Positions 17,743-27,160 of a DNA stretch of 64,000 nt are shown here, one piece after another. A program made the translations under genes and the position numbers. The notes below the pieces were generated by a model. It was given only the letters and a program-made list of their open reading frames with translations. It was not told the origin of the DNA and made no database searches. Source of the stretch: a bacterium (GTDB lineage Bacteria; Patescibacteriota; Patescibacteriia; Buchananbacterales; GWA2-38-13); contig JAUSGZ010000014.1 of NCBI GenBank assembly GCA_030648715.1, forward strand, positions 1,055 to 65,054, read 5' to 3'. Numbering within the stretch: the stretch's first letter is position 1; every line of letters begins with the position of its first letter.

Positions 17743-19312
17743 AACGCAGCTCGCAGCGGCGCGGGCTGTTCGCGGCAATGACCTGTTCGATGGTCACCGT
17801 CTTTTCAACCCCGCTGATGATATTCCCTTGAGCCCCGGGAACCGTCGGTTCCAGATAGGTGAACGGCCGCACCGCCTGCCGCGGCAAAAGTCCCATCAGG
17901 TACAGATCGAGATCGCTGTACGGCCGGCGAATGAGATTGACGTCCTCGGCCAGCTTGGAAAGGAATTTTCCGTCGCCCAGCGGCCGCCAGCCGGAACCGC
18001 CGAGCGGCGAGATGAACCCTGCGTAGTAACTCCAGTGAATGCCATCATCGCGGAGCAGCGCCACGGAGTCCTGATCGTCGGCGGTACGGAACTTCACTCG
18101 TGCTCCCCATTGGTGTCCCAATTCATGCAGTAGAAAGTTGTCCAGCCGCAGCGCATCGCTTTCTTCCGTCAAGGTGAACCGCCCCAGGTCGCCCATGACG
18201 ATAATGCCCTTCAGCTTGCCGCGGCTGCCGAACAGGTCGGCGGCATTCTGCAGCGGCAGCGAGAGCCCGGTTATCCCATTCGTGACCAACGTTTCGTGCC
18301 CTTCGTGGTTGGGTTTTTCCTCTTGGACGGCGAAGTTGGTGAAGAGAATGAGGAAATCGTACGCATCGGGATGCTGGTCGTAGAAACGCAACGCCGTTTC
18401 TTCCGTCAGGACGCGTCCGCCCTGCGGCGTGGCTCGGGAGAGTAACCCGTCGTCGGTGAGAACGACCGGGTCGGCGATTTCCGCAGCCCCCAGCTGTTGA
18501 GTCGCCCAAGCGTACGCTTCCGGCAAACGGGCGTGCACGGCGGCCAATGACTCGCGGTACGATGCCGCCAGCTCGCCGCGCGCCACCAAAATGGGTGCGA
18601 TGGTAATGGTCGTTCCGCCGCAATCCTGCGTGGACCACTCGCGCGGCGCCAATGGGTCGGCAATCCTTGTGTCCGCGCCAAAGATCTGGCGTGCCCGAGT
18701 GGGCAAGGTGCGCGCGCCAGTGACCACATCCTCCTTGCGGTACCCGTTGGCAAAAACCGCCGCCCAGTCCGCGAACGGCTGCAATAAATTTCCCTGTTTC
18801 CAATAGTATGTCCCTTGCCCGCGCACCTGATAGACGATGGAACTGGGCAATTGGTAGGTACGGTCCAGCGGCTCTCCAACCGCATAGTTTTCAAAAAATA
18901 CTTCCGGCAGGTCGACGACCCGCTGCTGCCAGCGCGACCCGAATATCGCGGCCGCCACTTCCGCGGAGGAGATCGGACGCAGCACGCCGCCCTGCTCGAC
19001 CGCGTACACCGTCGGGGCGCTGGGCACTTTCAACAACGCGGTGCCCGGCTTCATGGTCAGGTTGCGCCCCAGCGGGTAGCCCGCAAGGGTGAGCGCGGCG
19101 ACCGTCTGGACCGCGGAGAAATCATCCCCGTACCAGCTGCGATAGGTGGGCGCGTTGGGGAACGCATGGCGCACGCCCTGCGTATCCAAAAAATACACGG
19201 CGGAATTTCCGACCGCCTTGATGAGCGTACCCGCGGCGGCCGCCGGCAGAACGGGAACAACATGAACCACGACGAGGGCCACCGCTGTGCTCCACAGCGC
19301 GATTTTTTTCAT
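17741..19312 (-). CDS. secreted zinc-metalloprotease-like protein (HExxH)
   Basis: About 523 aa from MKKIALWSTAVALVVVHVVPVLPAAAAG (signal peptide; ATG at 19312). Contains HELGHQWGARV, an HExxH zinc-binding motif. The longer ORF start at 19441 lacks an RBS and signal peptide. Confidence 0.65.
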   Translation of the reverse strand: MKKIALWSTAVALVVVHVVPVLPAAAAGTLIKAVGNSAVYFLDTQGVRHAFPNAPTYRSWYGDDFSAVQTVAALTLAGYPLGRNLTMKPGTALLKVPSAPTVYAVEQGGVLRPISSAEVAAAIFGSRWQQRVVDLPEVFFENYAVGEPLDRTYQLPSSIVYQVRGQGTYYWKQGNLLQPFADWAAVFANGYRKEDVVTGARTLPTRARQIFGADTRIADPLAPREWSTQDCGGTTITIAPILVARGELAASYRESLAAVHARLPEAYAWATQQLGAAEIADPVVLTDDGLLSRATPQGGRVLTEETALRFYDQHPDAYDFLILFTNFAVQEEKPNHEGHETLVTNGITGLSLPLQNAADLFGSRGKLKGIIVMGDLGRFTLTEESDALRLDNFLLHELGHQWGARVKFRTADDQDSVALLRDDGIHWSYYAGFISPLGGSGWRPLGDGKFLSKLAEDVNLIRRPYSDLDLYLMGLLPRQAVRPFTYLEPTVPGAQGNIISGVEKTVTIEQVIAANSPRRCELR

Positions 19313-19455
19313 AATACCCCCTAGTATAGCAAGCGATGTGATGGGAGCAAACACAGCTGCGGCGTTGACAGACCGGCGCGGCGGGTCTACCATTCGCCCG
19401 CGCGACTGGAACGTTTCCAGCCCCTTCACAACCCACCCCAACCGGAGGACTTTCC

Positions 19456-20535
19456 ATGGATCAGGCCGGATGGATCACCCGCCTGCAAGAACGCGAAGTG
19501 CTGTGGCGGCACGATGGCAAAACCGCGCGGCCGCACGCCGAGCTCACGTCGGGTCGGCACTCCGACGCCTTCTTCAACTGCAGCCGCATCATCCAAGATC
19601 CCGCGCTCCTCGCGGAGGTCTGCCGCGACATCGCGGCGCGCACCGACGGCCAACAGCGGCCCGATCGGATCTTTGGCACCGCCTACGGCAGCATCCCGCT
19701 CGCCCTGGAACTGGCGACCGCTTTCACCTGCCGCTTCGGCTTCACCGAACGCGAGGTGGGGGGCCCGCTGACGTTGAAGCGCTTTGATATCAAAGCCGGC
19801 GAACGCGTACTGGTCATCACCGGCTGCCACACGATGGAAAACCTCGCCACGATCGCCGAGACCGTCGGCCTGGTGGAAGCGCGCGGCGCGCGGGTACTGC
19901 CGAAGGTCGGCGCGCTGGTGTCCCGCGATGGAGGCACGGTCGCTGCCGGACGTCCGGTATTCGCGATGGACCTCGCCGTCAAATTCTGGGCGGAACGTTT
20001 CTACGACCTGCTCAAGTACGGCGCTGCGCAGGCCGCCATCGACAACCCCGGGATGTTGGAAAACATCGCCCGCGACCTGGTGTGCAATCTCCGGCTCGCC
20101 CCCGAGGAACAGCCTGCCTGGGTGGTTGCGACCGGCATCGATGCCATCGCATTCAGCTACATCCTCGCCAAACACCTCGGGTGTAACGCGGGGTTTGCCG
20201 AGCGCGAGATGCGCAAGGACGCGCCCCTGGCGCTGTGGCAGTTCCCCGCGCCGAACGGGTTGAAAGTGCTGGCGGCCGACGACGTCATCACCACCGGCGG
20301 CTCCACGCTGCAAACCATCGCAGCCCTCCGAGCTGCCGGCGCAACGGCGCTGCCCTACTGCTGCGCCATTGCCAACCGCTCAGGCAAGCCGTTGCTGCAC
20401 GATCGCCCGATCTTCTCGCTGCTGGACCTCTCCTGCAGCGACTGGGCTCCCGAGGACTGCCCGCTCTGCCGCCAAGGCTCCACCGCCATCCGCCCCAAAG
20501 GCCGCTGGCACGAACTGACGCAGCCGGTTTCATAG
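19456..20535 (+). CDS. tandem type-I phosphoribosyltransferase-domain protein (orotate-PRTase-like)
   Basis: 359 aa. N-terminal TSGRHSDAFFNC matches the OPRTase GEF.L.SG..S.YYFN hood. The first PRPP loop is degenerate (VLVITGCHTMENLATIAETV). The second is intact (VLAADDVITTGGSTLQTIAALRAAGA). Confidence 0.7.
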   Translation: MDQAGWITRLQEREVLWRHDGKTARPHAELTSGRHSDAFFNCSRIIQDPALLAEVCRDIAARTDGQQRPDRIFGTAYGSIPLALELATAFTCRFGFTEREVGGPLTLKRFDIKAGERVLVITGCHTMENLATIAETVGLVEARGARVLPKVGALVSRDGGTVAAGRPVFAMDLAVKFWAERFYDLLKYGAAQAAIDNPGMLENIARDLVCNLRLAPEEQPAWVVATGIDAIAFSYILAKHLGCNAGFAEREMRKDAPLALWQFPAPNGLKVLAADDVITTGGSTLQTIAALRAAGATALPYCCAIANRSGKPLLHDRPIFSLLDLSCSDWAPEDCPLCRQGSTAIRPKGRWHELTQPVS

Positions 20536-20581
20536 CCGACGCAAAAAGATCGGCGCTCCTTCCGCCGACACCGCCCTTTCG

Positions 20582-20610
20582 CCCCGCCGACACGACGGGG
20601 CCTTTTTTAT
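20582..20610 (+). terminator. rho-independent terminator
   Basis: ccccgccgacacgacggggcc followed by ttttttat. Confidence 0.55.
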
Positions 20611-21602
20611 ACCCGGAAGTGCGCCCGGTACCACGCGACGAATTTCTGCAGCCCGTCGGCAAATTTGGTCGTCGGTTCCCATCCCAAAAGGCGCTTGGCC
20701 TTGGCAACATCGGCAAAAGTTTTCGGCACGTCGCCAGGCTGCATCGGCAGCATCCTGGTGTTTGCCTTCACCCCCAGCGCGGCTTCCAAAGTTGCGACGA
20801 ATTCGCCGAGTCGTATCGGCTGGTGATTACCGAGGTTGATGAGCTCGTACCCCTGGGGCCGATCGATGGCGGTCACCACGCCCCGGACGATATCATCAAC
20901 AAAGGTAAAGTCGCGCTCCATATTCCCATGGTTGTAGAGGTCGACGGTCGCGCCGGAGAGCATCTTTTGCGTGAAACTGAAGTACGCCATGTCGGGCCGG
21001 CCCCACGGTCCGTAGACGGTGAAGAACCGCAACCCCGTGCAGGGGGTCGCGTGCAGCCGGTGATAGTTAAGCGCGAGCAGTTCCACGGTTCGCTTGGTGG
21101 CCGCATACAACGAGACGGGCTGCTCCACGCGGTCATCCTCGCTGAAAGGAACCTTGTCATTATCGCCGTACACCGACGAGGAAGAAGCGAAGATGAACGG
21201 TGGATTGCCATGCCGGCGGGAAATCTCCAACAGCGTGAGTGTACCCAGCACGTTGGACTCCACATACACGCGCGGGTTCTCCAGGGAGTAACGTACTCCG
21301 GCTTGCGCTGCCAGATGAGCTATCTTGTCGAACGCATGGTCGCGGAAGATCTTTTCCATCGCCGAGCGGTCGGTCAGGTCGGCGCGCACCACGGTCGGCG
21401 AGAATTCTGCAAGCAAATGCTGCACCCGCGCCTCCTTGAGCGCCGGGTCATAGTAGGGATTGAAATTATCTACGACAACGACTTGGTCGCCGCGCGAAAG
21501 CAACGCTCGCGCCACATGCGCCCCAATGAAGCCAGCACCGCCCGTAACCAGGATCGTTTGCGGCTTGCCCGGCAGTCCAATGGTCGAGCGTGTCTTACTC
21601 AC
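20607..21602 (-). CDS. NAD-dependent epimerase, UDP-glucuronate 4-epimerase-like
   Basis: 331 aa. ILVTGGAGFIGAHV Rossmann, DNFNPYYDPALK signature (typical of the UDP-GlcA 4-epimerase / WbpP-like subgroup), and YAATK catalytic YxxxK. Confidence 0.8.
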   Translation of the reverse strand: MSKTRSTIGLPGKPQTILVTGGAGFIGAHVARALLSRGDQVVVVDNFNPYYDPALKEARVQHLLAEFSPTVVRADLTDRSAMEKIFRDHAFDKIAHLAAQAGVRYSLENPRVYVESNVLGTLTLLEISRRHGNPPFIFASSSSVYGDNDKVPFSEDDRVEQPVSLYAATKRTVELLALNYHRLHATPCTGLRFFTVYGPWGRPDMAYFSFTQKMLSGATVDLYNHGNMERDFTFVDDIVRGVVTAIDRPQGYELINLGNHQPIRLGEFVATLEAALGVKANTRMLPMQPGDVPKTFADVAKAKRLLGWEPTTKFADGLQKFVAWYRAHFRV

Positions 21603-21736
21603 ATGACTAGGTTAAAATTTTCTGCCTCGGCCTGCATCAATTCCACCAATCCGTTGCACTACCGGGCATATTCGTAGAATAGATATGTAGCACAGCCGGA
21701 CACTTTTGGCTAGGTTGACTGTACGACAAAAGAATA

Positions 21737-22594
21737 ATGCGCTACCGTACCAGTATGGAGCCCTCACCAACTACCACTCCGCAAATCACGAACGTCACGA
21801 AGGAAACTTCAACCTATATCAAAAACCACCTCGGCGGGTGGCGCTGGGTTGCTTTGGCTGCCACGATTGCCTGGTCCGGCGCGACGGTATGGTTTGGGAT
21901 CCAAAACCATTGGGACGATGACGGAATTGGCATCCTCGCGTTTCTGCCGTGGATCGCCATTATCATCTACGTCGGAATAGTCCAGGGGAAAATTCGTGAA
22001 CAGTTCTGGCAACAGTTCGCGGTCCGGCTGGGTTTTGCCTACGAAAAGAGCGGCGACCCGGCGCAGGAACGCGCGACCCGTTTCCAGCAGGGCCACAGCA
22101 AAAAAATGAGCCACGTGGTCAGCGGCGAGCTCAACGGCCGACCGCTGCGGCTGTTCAGCTACCAGTACACCGTCGGCAGCGGGAAAAACAGCCACACCTA
22201 CTACTATACCGTCATGGAATTCAAGGTCGCCGGCCGCTTCCCCCACCTCTACCTGGACAGCCGCAGCAACTGGGAAGGCGCCGGCAAGGGGGTGAGGATC
22301 CCGCTCCCCGCGGAATTTGAAAAAGAATTCCGGCTGCTGGCCCCGAAAGAGTACGAAATCGAGGCGCTGCAAATTTTCACGCCGGATGTGCTCGCGTACT
22401 TGCTGGACACGAAACTCCAGTACGACGCGGAACTGGTCGACCAGGAACTCCTCCTGTTCATCGGCGGCCTCGCCGACACCCTGGAAAAACTGGAGCAAGA
22501 TTTTGCCATTGCCATCAACCTCCTCAACCGCCTCGCGCCCGTGCTGGACAAAATGCGGTTCACGGAGATCAAGTACCATTCCCCGGCGTTGTAG
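21737..22594 (+). CDS. hypothetical membrane-anchored protein (2 N-terminal TM helices + soluble domain)
   Basis: 285 aa ORF followed by a strong terminator. No recognisable motif. The start could be the internal Met (MEPSPTT). Confidence 0.5.
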   Translation: MRYRTSMEPSPTTTPQITNVTKETSTYIKNHLGGWRWVALAATIAWSGATVWFGIQNHWDDDGIGILAFLPWIAIIIYVGIVQGKIREQFWQQFAVRLGFAYEKSGDPAQERATRFQQGHSKKMSHVVSGELNGRPLRLFSYQYTVGSGKNSHTYYYTVMEFKVAGRFPHLYLDSRSNWEGAGKGVRIPLPAEFEKEFRLLAPKEYEIEALQIFTPDVLAYLLDTKLQYDAELVDQELLLFIGGLADTLEKLEQDFAIAINLLNRLAPVLDKMRFTEIKYHSPAL

Positions 22595-22602
22595 GGGAAT
22601 GA

Positions 22603-22634
22603 AAAACGCCCCGAGACTGCGGGGCGTTTTTTTA
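22603..22634. terminator. bidirectional rho-independent terminator
   Basis: aaaaacgccccg-agac-tgcggggcgttttttt. Confidence 0.65.
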
Positions 22635-22638
22635 TTAT

Positions 22639-24930
22639 CTACCGTTTCGCTTCTTCCGCCAGCTGTTCGGGAGTTTTTATCTTGAGCGTGCGCTCCTTGG
22701 GCTGCTGCGGACGGACCTTTGGGCCAGCCAAGGGGATGGAGAACGAGAACACGCTGCCTTTGCCTTCGCCTTTGGACTCGGCGCCGATCATTCCCTCATG
22801 GATATCCACGATTTTTTTTGCGACGTACAGGCCCAGGCCCGTGCCCTCGGTGTGCACCAGCGCCGACCCGCGCCCGCGGGAGAATTTCTGGAAGAGGTGG
22901 GCGATAGTTTCCTTACTCATCCCCATACCGCTGTCCTGGACCGAGAACGTCAGGTACCCGGCCGGCTGTGCCGACAGCACAACATGGATGCTCCCCTTTT
23001 CGGTGTACTTCACGGCGTTATCTATGAAATTGATCATCACCTCGTGCAGTTTGTCTTTATCAACCACGGGTTTGGGCAGCGGTTTCGCCGGCTTTTCCAG
23101 CACGAGCGTTAGCTTTTTCTTCTCCGCCTGCGGCTTAAGGCTCTCCACGACGCCGGCGGCCATTTCATAACAGTCGGTCGGTTCCCACGTGTAAACCTGG
23201 CGGCCTGATTCAATGCGCGAAATGTTGAGCAGATCTTCCACCAAACCAATGAGCCGCTCGTTGGCTTCATAGACTTTGTCCAGCTGCTTGTGGATGAGCG
23301 GCGGGACCCTGCCGAAGGCCTGCTCGTTGATCATGGAGATAAACCCCTTGATGATGGTGAGCGGCGTACGCAGCTGGTGGCTGGCGATGGATATGAACTC
23401 GGACTTAGTGGCATCCAACCGCCGCAATTCGGCGTTCGCCGCCCGTAATTCCTGCGTGGCCTTGCGGACCTCATCTTTCAAAACTTCCGCGAAGTGCTTT
23501 TGCTCTTCATAGAGCAAGGCGTTCTCAATGGAGACTGCCAACTGCCCCGAGACGATCTTGAGCACCCGCAAGTCCTGGCTATTGTACGGCTCGCCTGATT
23601 TCTTGTTGCCGATGACAACCACCCCGATGAGCTTATCCTGTAAGCGGAGAGGGACGATGACTGCCAGATCCTGCTCGTGCATCGCCAGCATCAATTCAGG
23701 TTTAACGAACAGCTGGAGATTTTCTCCGTTCTCGTACTCGGTCTTGCGTTCTTCAATGACGAAAATGCCGGGCGTGCGCTTGAACTGTTCGAACATCACC
23801 CGCTCGTTGCCGCGCGCCAGCGCTTCGGCAACTCCTGGCGGGAACCCCTCCTGGTGAGCGATGTACAGTTTGCTTTTTTTATTGATGAGCGCCACGCCGA
23901 GCTTGTCCGCATGGAACGCTTCCGTCAAGGTGTGCGAAATGGACTGCAGGAGGTGGGCGAAATCCAGAGTGGACGATGTAATATGGTTGACCCGCGCGAT
24001 GAGCACATCCGGGTCGTAGGATTTTTTGTACAGGAAAGTATTGGTCGCGCGCTCAATGATGTCCCGCAGCGGTTTGTAAAAGACCGTCACCAACACCGCC
24101 AGAATGACGCCGGACAAAATGTTGGACTGCAGCCCCGCTAATTCTGCAAAGAGATAGGTAAAGAGCGCTGAAATGATCGAGAAAATACCGGTGATGATGA
24201 AAACGATGGCGCCGAAGGCAATGGTCCTAAAGATAATTACCCGAATATCCATGAATCGGTATTTCGCTATAGCGTAAGCCGTGAAGGAAACAAAAAATAT
24301 AGAACTTGCTGAATCGAGTGGGATAAACTCATTAATACCGAAAAGCGGAAGAATAACACTTACGGAGGTGGCTATAGTAGCGTAAATACTCAAGCCAATA
24401 AGTACATAGAGAATCTGTTTCCGCCGAACTCCACTAGATTGGTAAAATTTACTAAAGAGATAAAATAAACTGAAAAATAAAATTGAAATAATATATAAAC
24501 CGTAAATTGGAAAAAGTAATCCGTATCGCGCGTCGCCACCGCCGAAGGTGATGTTCTCTGCACCGACCAAAATAAGGTTTGAAAACTGTGCCAACAGTGC
24601 AAAAAAAGAACCGCAGAGATAAAGAATCCCGGTCAATTGTCGGCTGAATCGTCCGGTAGCAAAGTACAGAATCCATGCCACACACGCGGAAACAAGAAAA
24701 ACAGCGGTAGCATAACCGTTACGCAATAAAGCTAAACTAGGAAAAACGCCCGTTAAGAAATTATTAATCACCCAGTACCCAGAAATGAGTGCGAAAATAA
24801 AAAATAATTTTGCTGACAATATTTTCCGTTTCGAATATAAAACGATGAAAGCCAGAGCAACGTTCAAAACGCCAACCAAAAGCAAGAAATAAACCATATC
24901 TAGATCTAATGGACTTCTTTCCGGAGGCAA
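22639..24930 (-). CDS. sensor histidine kinase: N-terminal ~9-10 TM sensor domain, GAF domain, HisKA, HATPase_c
   Basis: 763 aa. H-box SHQLRTPLTIIKGF, N/G1/G2 boxes (NAVKYT, DSGMGM, GTGLGLYVAKK), GAF-like region, and a long polytopic N-terminus. The N-terminal ~260 codons (24150-24930) are conspicuously AT-rich while the kinase core is GC-rich. Confidence 0.85.
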   Translation of the reverse strand: MPPERSPLDLDMVYFLLLVGVLNVALAFIVLYSKRKILSAKLFFIFALISGYWVINNFLTGVFPSLALLRNGYATAVFLVSACVAWILYFATGRFSRQLTGILYLCGSFFALLAQFSNLILVGAENITFGGGDARYGLLFPIYGLYIISILFFSLFYLFSKFYQSSGVRRKQILYVLIGLSIYATIATSVSVILPLFGINEFIPLDSASSIFFVSFTAYAIAKYRFMDIRVIIFRTIAFGAIVFIITGIFSIISALFTYLFAELAGLQSNILSGVILAVLVTVFYKPLRDIIERATNTFLYKKSYDPDVLIARVNHITSSTLDFAHLLQSISHTLTEAFHADKLGVALINKKSKLYIAHQEGFPPGVAEALARGNERVMFEQFKRTPGIFVIEERKTEYENGENLQLFVKPELMLAMHEQDLAVIVPLRLQDKLIGVVVIGNKKSGEPYNSQDLRVLKIVSGQLAVSIENALLYEEQKHFAEVLKDEVRKATQELRAANAELRRLDATKSEFISIASHQLRTPLTIIKGFISMINEQAFGRVPPLIHKQLDKVYEANERLIGLVEDLLNISRIESGRQVYTWEPTDCYEMAAGVVESLKPQAEKKKLTLVLEKPAKPLPKPVVDKDKLHEVMINFIDNAVKYTEKGSIHVVLSAQPAGYLTFSVQDSGMGMSKETIAHLFQKFSRGRGSALVHTEGTGLGLYVAKKIVDIHEGMIGAESKGEGKGSVFSFSIPLAGPKVRPQQPKERTLKIKTPEQLAEEAKR

Positions 24931-25928
24931 TAGTTGATATTAAACCACGCAACGGTTCTATCCATCGCCTTCTCAAAACTTAAAAAACCATTATCGAGAT
25001 GCTGTTTCATTGAGCTGGAATCAACCTCTAGGCTGGACGTTACCATTGAAAGGCTCGACCGAGTAATCATTGGTCTTGTCTTTATGCCTAACAATCGGTG
25101 ATAATTCTCAAACAATAAGGAGGCGACATAGCCTAAGACGTACGGAATATTCACGACGACGGCTTTTGCATTACAGGCTGGTTTAAAAAATGTCACGAAC
25201 TGTCGCCACGTAATCTTAGCATCGTCGCAGAGATTCATTTTGGTGCCGCTGGGTAATCCATCGATGCGATCTAAAACATTCCTGACGAAAAAGGCAAAAT
25301 TCTCAACGTACAATAACGGTATATATGTATCCTTCTTACCAGGCAGTAAAAGAAAACCTTGCTTTAGGTTGTGGATAATTTCTGGAATCAAGGTTTTATC
25401 ACCTGGACCGAACAGCCACGCTGGCCGAAGAATAACAACCTTAAAATATTCACGACTATCAACGGCGGCTAACTCGCCAAGAAGTTTCGTTTTTTGGTAG
25501 GGATGGCCCGAAGAAGTGTAAGGAGTAGTTTCGGAAAGTACCGTGTGTTTCCCGTGCTTATAGTCCAAAACATCAATGGTACTTATGTAGAGGAAATTTT
25601 TAATCGCAGCTAGACGCGATGCCTCCAGTAACCGACGCGTCCCATTAACGTTAACCTCATAAAAAATTTCCTTGGGACCCCAATCAGATACGACAGCCGC
25701 TGAATGGATAACATGCTCTATCTCATTTTTCTCTAAAAGGTCAAACAGGGCTTCTGCACTGCTCAAATCACCTTGTAACAGGGTAATCCTCGGATTATTG
25801 ACGAATAATTGAGTGTGTACACTAATTTTTCTTACCAAGGCGTATACTTGGTAACCATGCAAAGCCAACACTTTGCATATAGAGCGCCCCGCAAACCCAT
25901 TCGCTCCGGTTACTAAAACTTTTGCCAC
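24906..25928 (-). CDS. NAD(P)-dependent epimerase/dehydratase-family reductase (extended SDR)
   Basis: 340 aa. VLVTGANGFAGRSI Rossmann, YQKTK (YxxxK). It lies in a lower-GC region and is co-directional with the AOS gene and the histidine kinase (25-bp overlap with the kinase start). Confidence 0.75.
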   Translation of the reverse strand: MAKVLVTGANGFAGRSICKVLALHGYQVYALVRKISVHTQLFVNNPRITLLQGDLSSAEALFDLLEKNEIEHVIHSAAVVSDWGPKEIFYEVNVNGTRRLLEASRLAAIKNFLYISTIDVLDYKHGKHTVLSETTPYTSSGHPYQKTKLLGELAAVDSREYFKVVILRPAWLFGPGDKTLIPEIIHNLKQGFLLLPGKKDTYIPLLYVENFAFFVRNVLDRIDGLPSGTKMNLCDDAKITWRQFVTFFKPACNAKAVVVNIPYVLGYVASLLFENYHRLLGIKTRPMITRSSLSMVTSSLEVDSSSMKQHLDNGFLSFEKAMDRTVAWFNINYCLRKEVH

Positions 25929-25939
25929 GTAGGTGTTCG

Positions 25940-27160
25940 TTACGACCCTTGCCTTTTTTCTAATTTTTCAAGTAGCTTATCAATATGCTGCTTCGTATGG
26001 CTTGCTGTCAGGGTCAAACGTAGCCGTTCGTAGCCGACCTCGACTGCGGGTCGCCGAATGGCCGGAGCCAAAATCCCCGCCTTATATAGCGCATCGGAAA
26101 GTTCAATTACTTTTTTCTCGGAGCGTACCATTAGCGGAACGATCGCTGTCTCGCCGGGTATGGTCTCCAGACCTAAGCGCTGCAGCCCTTGACGCAGGTG
26201 GGTAGCATTCTCTTTCAGTTGTTTTCGGAGACCATGCCCATCGCGGATGATCTCTAGAGTCTTGAGCAGCCCAGCAACAAAGGCCGGCGGTATTGGGTCT
26301 GAAAAAATATAGCCGCGTCCGGTCACGCGAATGTAATCCGCCAAATCTTTTGAAATGGCGGCGACGTAGCCGCCAATACTCCCCCATGCCTTCGTGAAAC
26401 TCGCCATTACCAAATCTACTTTCCCTGCGACACCAAGGTGAGCGGCGGTACCCTCGCCGTTCGGTCCTAATACACCGGCACCATGGGCGTCGTCTACGTA
26501 TAACACTGCGTCATACTCCTGGCTTAAATCGACCAATCGAGGAAGATCAGCAAAGTCGCCATCCATGCTAAAAACGCCGTCGGTAACGATCGCCTTGCGA
26601 ACTATTTTACGACGGCGCAGCTCTCGTTCGAGTCCGTCGTAGTCGCGGTGTTTATAGATCACTCGTTCTGCATACGACAGGCGCACTGCATCAACGATAC
26701 TGGCATGGTTCAGCTGGTCACTGAAAATGGCACCCGGTTTGTCTTTCTTGATCAATGGAAAATATGGGAAAGGGTCTGCCAAATACCGTATGACACTTGT
26801 ATTCGCGAGAAAGCCAGAGGAGAAGGTCACCGAATCCTTAACCTGCAAGAAATTCGCCAGTTCCCTCTCAAATTGCTGTTGAACGTCCAATGAACCCGAC
26901 AGTAGCCGAGTGCTCCCGGAGCCAACGCCGTAGCGTTCAACCGCTTGCTGAACTGCAAGTTTAATTTCAGGATTATTTGCCAACCCCAAATAGTTATTGG
27001 AACAGAAGGAGAGATATTTCTTACCCCCAATGATAATTTCCGGAGCGGTCGAGGGGCCGGAAATTTCTGGTATGCGAGGGTATAAATTGTTTTCGCGGAG
27101 GTGACGAACGACTTCTGAAAAATACCCAAGTTTGCCATCCTGCATACCTTCATCCGACAT
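25940..27160 (-). CDS. PLP-dependent alpha-oxoamine synthase family acyltransferase (BioF / Kbl / serine palmitoyltransferase / CqsA-like)
   Basis: 406 aa. VDDAHGAGVLG and the PLP-lysine motif SFTKAWGSIGGY are diagnostic of the AOS family. Subfamily cannot be assigned from sequence alone. Confidence 0.8.
   Translation of the reverse strand: MSDEGMQDGKLGYFSEVVRHLRENNLYPRIPEISGPSTAPEIIIGGKKYLSFCSNNYLGLANNPEIKLAVQQAVERYGVGSGSTRLLSGSLDVQQQFERELANFLQVKDSVTFSSGFLANTSVIRYLADPFPYFPLIKKDKPGAIFSDQLNHASIVDAVRLSYAERVIYKHRDYDGLERELRRRKIVRKAIVTDGVFSMDGDFADLPRLVDLSQEYDAVLYVDDAHGAGVLGPNGEGTAAHLGVAGKVDLVMASFTKAWGSIGGYVAAISKDLADYIRVTGRGYIFSDPIPPAFVAGLLKTLEIIRDGHGLRKQLKENATHLRQGLQRLGLETIPGETAIVPLMVRSEKKVIELSDALYKAGILAPAIRRPAVEVGYERLRLTLTASHTKQHIDKLLEKLEKRQGS

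Noticed and set aside
19426-20313. 295-aa minus ORF
   Set aside because: It is antisense to the PRTase gene, which has diagnostic PRPP-binding motifs.
20235-21677. 480-aa + ORF
   Set aside because: It is antisense to the epimerase gene, which has Rossmann GxxGxxG and YxxxK motifs.
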